Origin: a virus | Lineage: Duplodnaviria > Caudoviricetes | Length of the DNA: 45,567 bases | Virus record (IMG/VR): IMGVR_UViG_3300037590_000052 | Coordinates: 1-45,567 of that record | Reading direction: 5' to 3' (one strand) | In this document: in pieces, positions 44,861-45,567 of the stretch | Position numbering within the stretch: position 1 is the stretch's first letter | Layout of the letters: every line of letters begins with the position of its first letter | Made by a program: the position numbers and the translations under genes | The notes under the pieces: generated by a model | The model's input: the letters and a program-made list of their open reading frames with translations, nothing else | Database searches by the model: none | Told to the model about the DNA's origin: nothing

Positions 44861-44979
44861 ACTACTTCACCCAGATGTTGATCGGAAAATTCTTCGATCT
44901 TCTTCTCCCCGTCGCCTTGGCTGCAATCGCGGCCTTGTCTTTTTCCGCAATCTTCTGTATTGCTGTTCTATTGGCCTAA
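44857..44979 (+). CDS. 40-aa single-TM protein
   Basis: ATGA coupling; hydrophobic C-terminal half. Confidence 0.5.
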   Translation: MNYFTQMLIGKFFDLLLPVALAAIAALSFSAIFCIAVLLA

Positions 44980-44992
44980 AAAGGAGCACCTT

Positions 44993-45277
44993 ATGCCACG
45001 TTCTACTAAATCCCGCACACTGAAAAAGGCACGCGTTGACGCCTTTCAGGAATTTCTTAATTCCCCCGAGGCCGCCAAGTGGTCCAGCATCACCGCCCAT
45101 TCCAAATACCACTACACCCTCCTCTATTCCAAATTTGAGGGCAACCCGGTTCAGGTCTACCCGTCCACCCTCAAAGTCGTAGACATCGACCTTGAGTCCT
45201 TCCTCTTCGATGGGATCAAATCCCTCATCGCCGGTGCCAAGCACCACTCCCTCACCAAATTCACAGGCCGCAGCTAA
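44993..45277 (+). CDS. Hypothetical protein
   Basis: AAGGAG RBS before ATG 44993; 94 aa. Confidence 0.7.
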   Translation: MPRSTKSRTLKKARVDAFQEFLNSPEAAKWSSITAHSKYHYTLLYSKFEGNPVQVYPSTLKVVDIDLESFLFDGIKSLIAGAKHHSLTKFTGRS

Positions 45278-45567
45278 TGACTATCGAGTATCCCGCATCC
45301 TTCACCAAGCACATCAACTCCCTCAAGTACGCCCCCTCTTCCGAGCAGATGGCGGCAGTTGATGCGGTCCTTTCCTCAAAGGACAACCTTCTCATCAACG
45401 CACTCGCCGGTGCAGCGAAAACCACCACCCTCAAAATGATCGCGCACGCCTTGCCCAAGGTCAACATGATCTGCCTCGCATTCAACAAAGCGATCGCGAT
45501 GGAGATGAAAGCCGAGCTCCCTTCCCATTGTACCGCGCAGACGCTCAACTCCCTCGGCTACCAAGTT
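45277..45567 (+). CDS. SF1 helicase, N-terminal part (continues at base 1)
   Basis: TAATG coupling; MTIEYP..SSEQ..NLLINALAGAAKTTTL..CLAFNKAIA..AQTLNSLG; missing from the ORF track because it runs off the end. Confidence 0.9.
   Translation, partial: MTIEYPASFTKHINSLKYAPSSEQMAAVDAVLSSKDNLLINALAGAAKTTTLKMIAHALPKVNMICLAFNKAIAMEMKAELPSHCTAQTLNSLGYQV
45538..45567. repeat. Terminal 30-bp direct repeat, copy 2
   Basis: Identical to 1-30. Confidence 0.95.

Overview
The window is a complete ~45.5 kb podovirus-type dsDNA phage genome. Bases 1-30 repeat exactly at 45538-45567, so the unique length is 45537 bp, and an SF1 helicase gene reads through the junction. The + strand arm (about 37680 to the end, then 1-13515) holds small early genes and a replication/recombination module. 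That module has a UvrD-like helicase, a Cas4-like PD-(D/E)XK nuclease, a Sak4-like ATPase, a DEDDh exonuclease, a putative SSB, a ParB-HTH-DNA methyltransferase fusion, a family A DNA polymerase split in two (degenerate UDG plus ExoI/II, then ExoIII plus polymerase) with three genes between the halves, and an MCM-like AAA+ ATPase. The - strand arm (37313 to 13512) holds the terminases, a BPP-1-like portal/scaffold/capsid, T7-like tail tube proteins, ejection proteins (one with a lambda-type lytic transglycosylase), a tailspike and a holin-amidase-spanin lysis cassette. I see no RNA polymerase, integrase, primase, tRNA or CRISPR array. The host is probably an alphaproteobacterium (inference). 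The most notable unannotated signals are: (i) six copies of a 33-bp dyad RTATGGCYYRTYSC-N5-GSRAYRRGCCATAC spread round the genome, one deep inside a structural gene; (ii) an ~85-bp-arm inverted repeat around a T14 tract with the same half-sites, a likely origin; (iii) a ParB CTPase-HTH-MTase that may read these sites; (iv) a split PolA with Asp at the steric gate and His at position 762 in a genome with no evident primase; (v) a highly structured ~180-nt intergenic RNA candidate. All product calls come from motif recognition by eye; no database searches were run.
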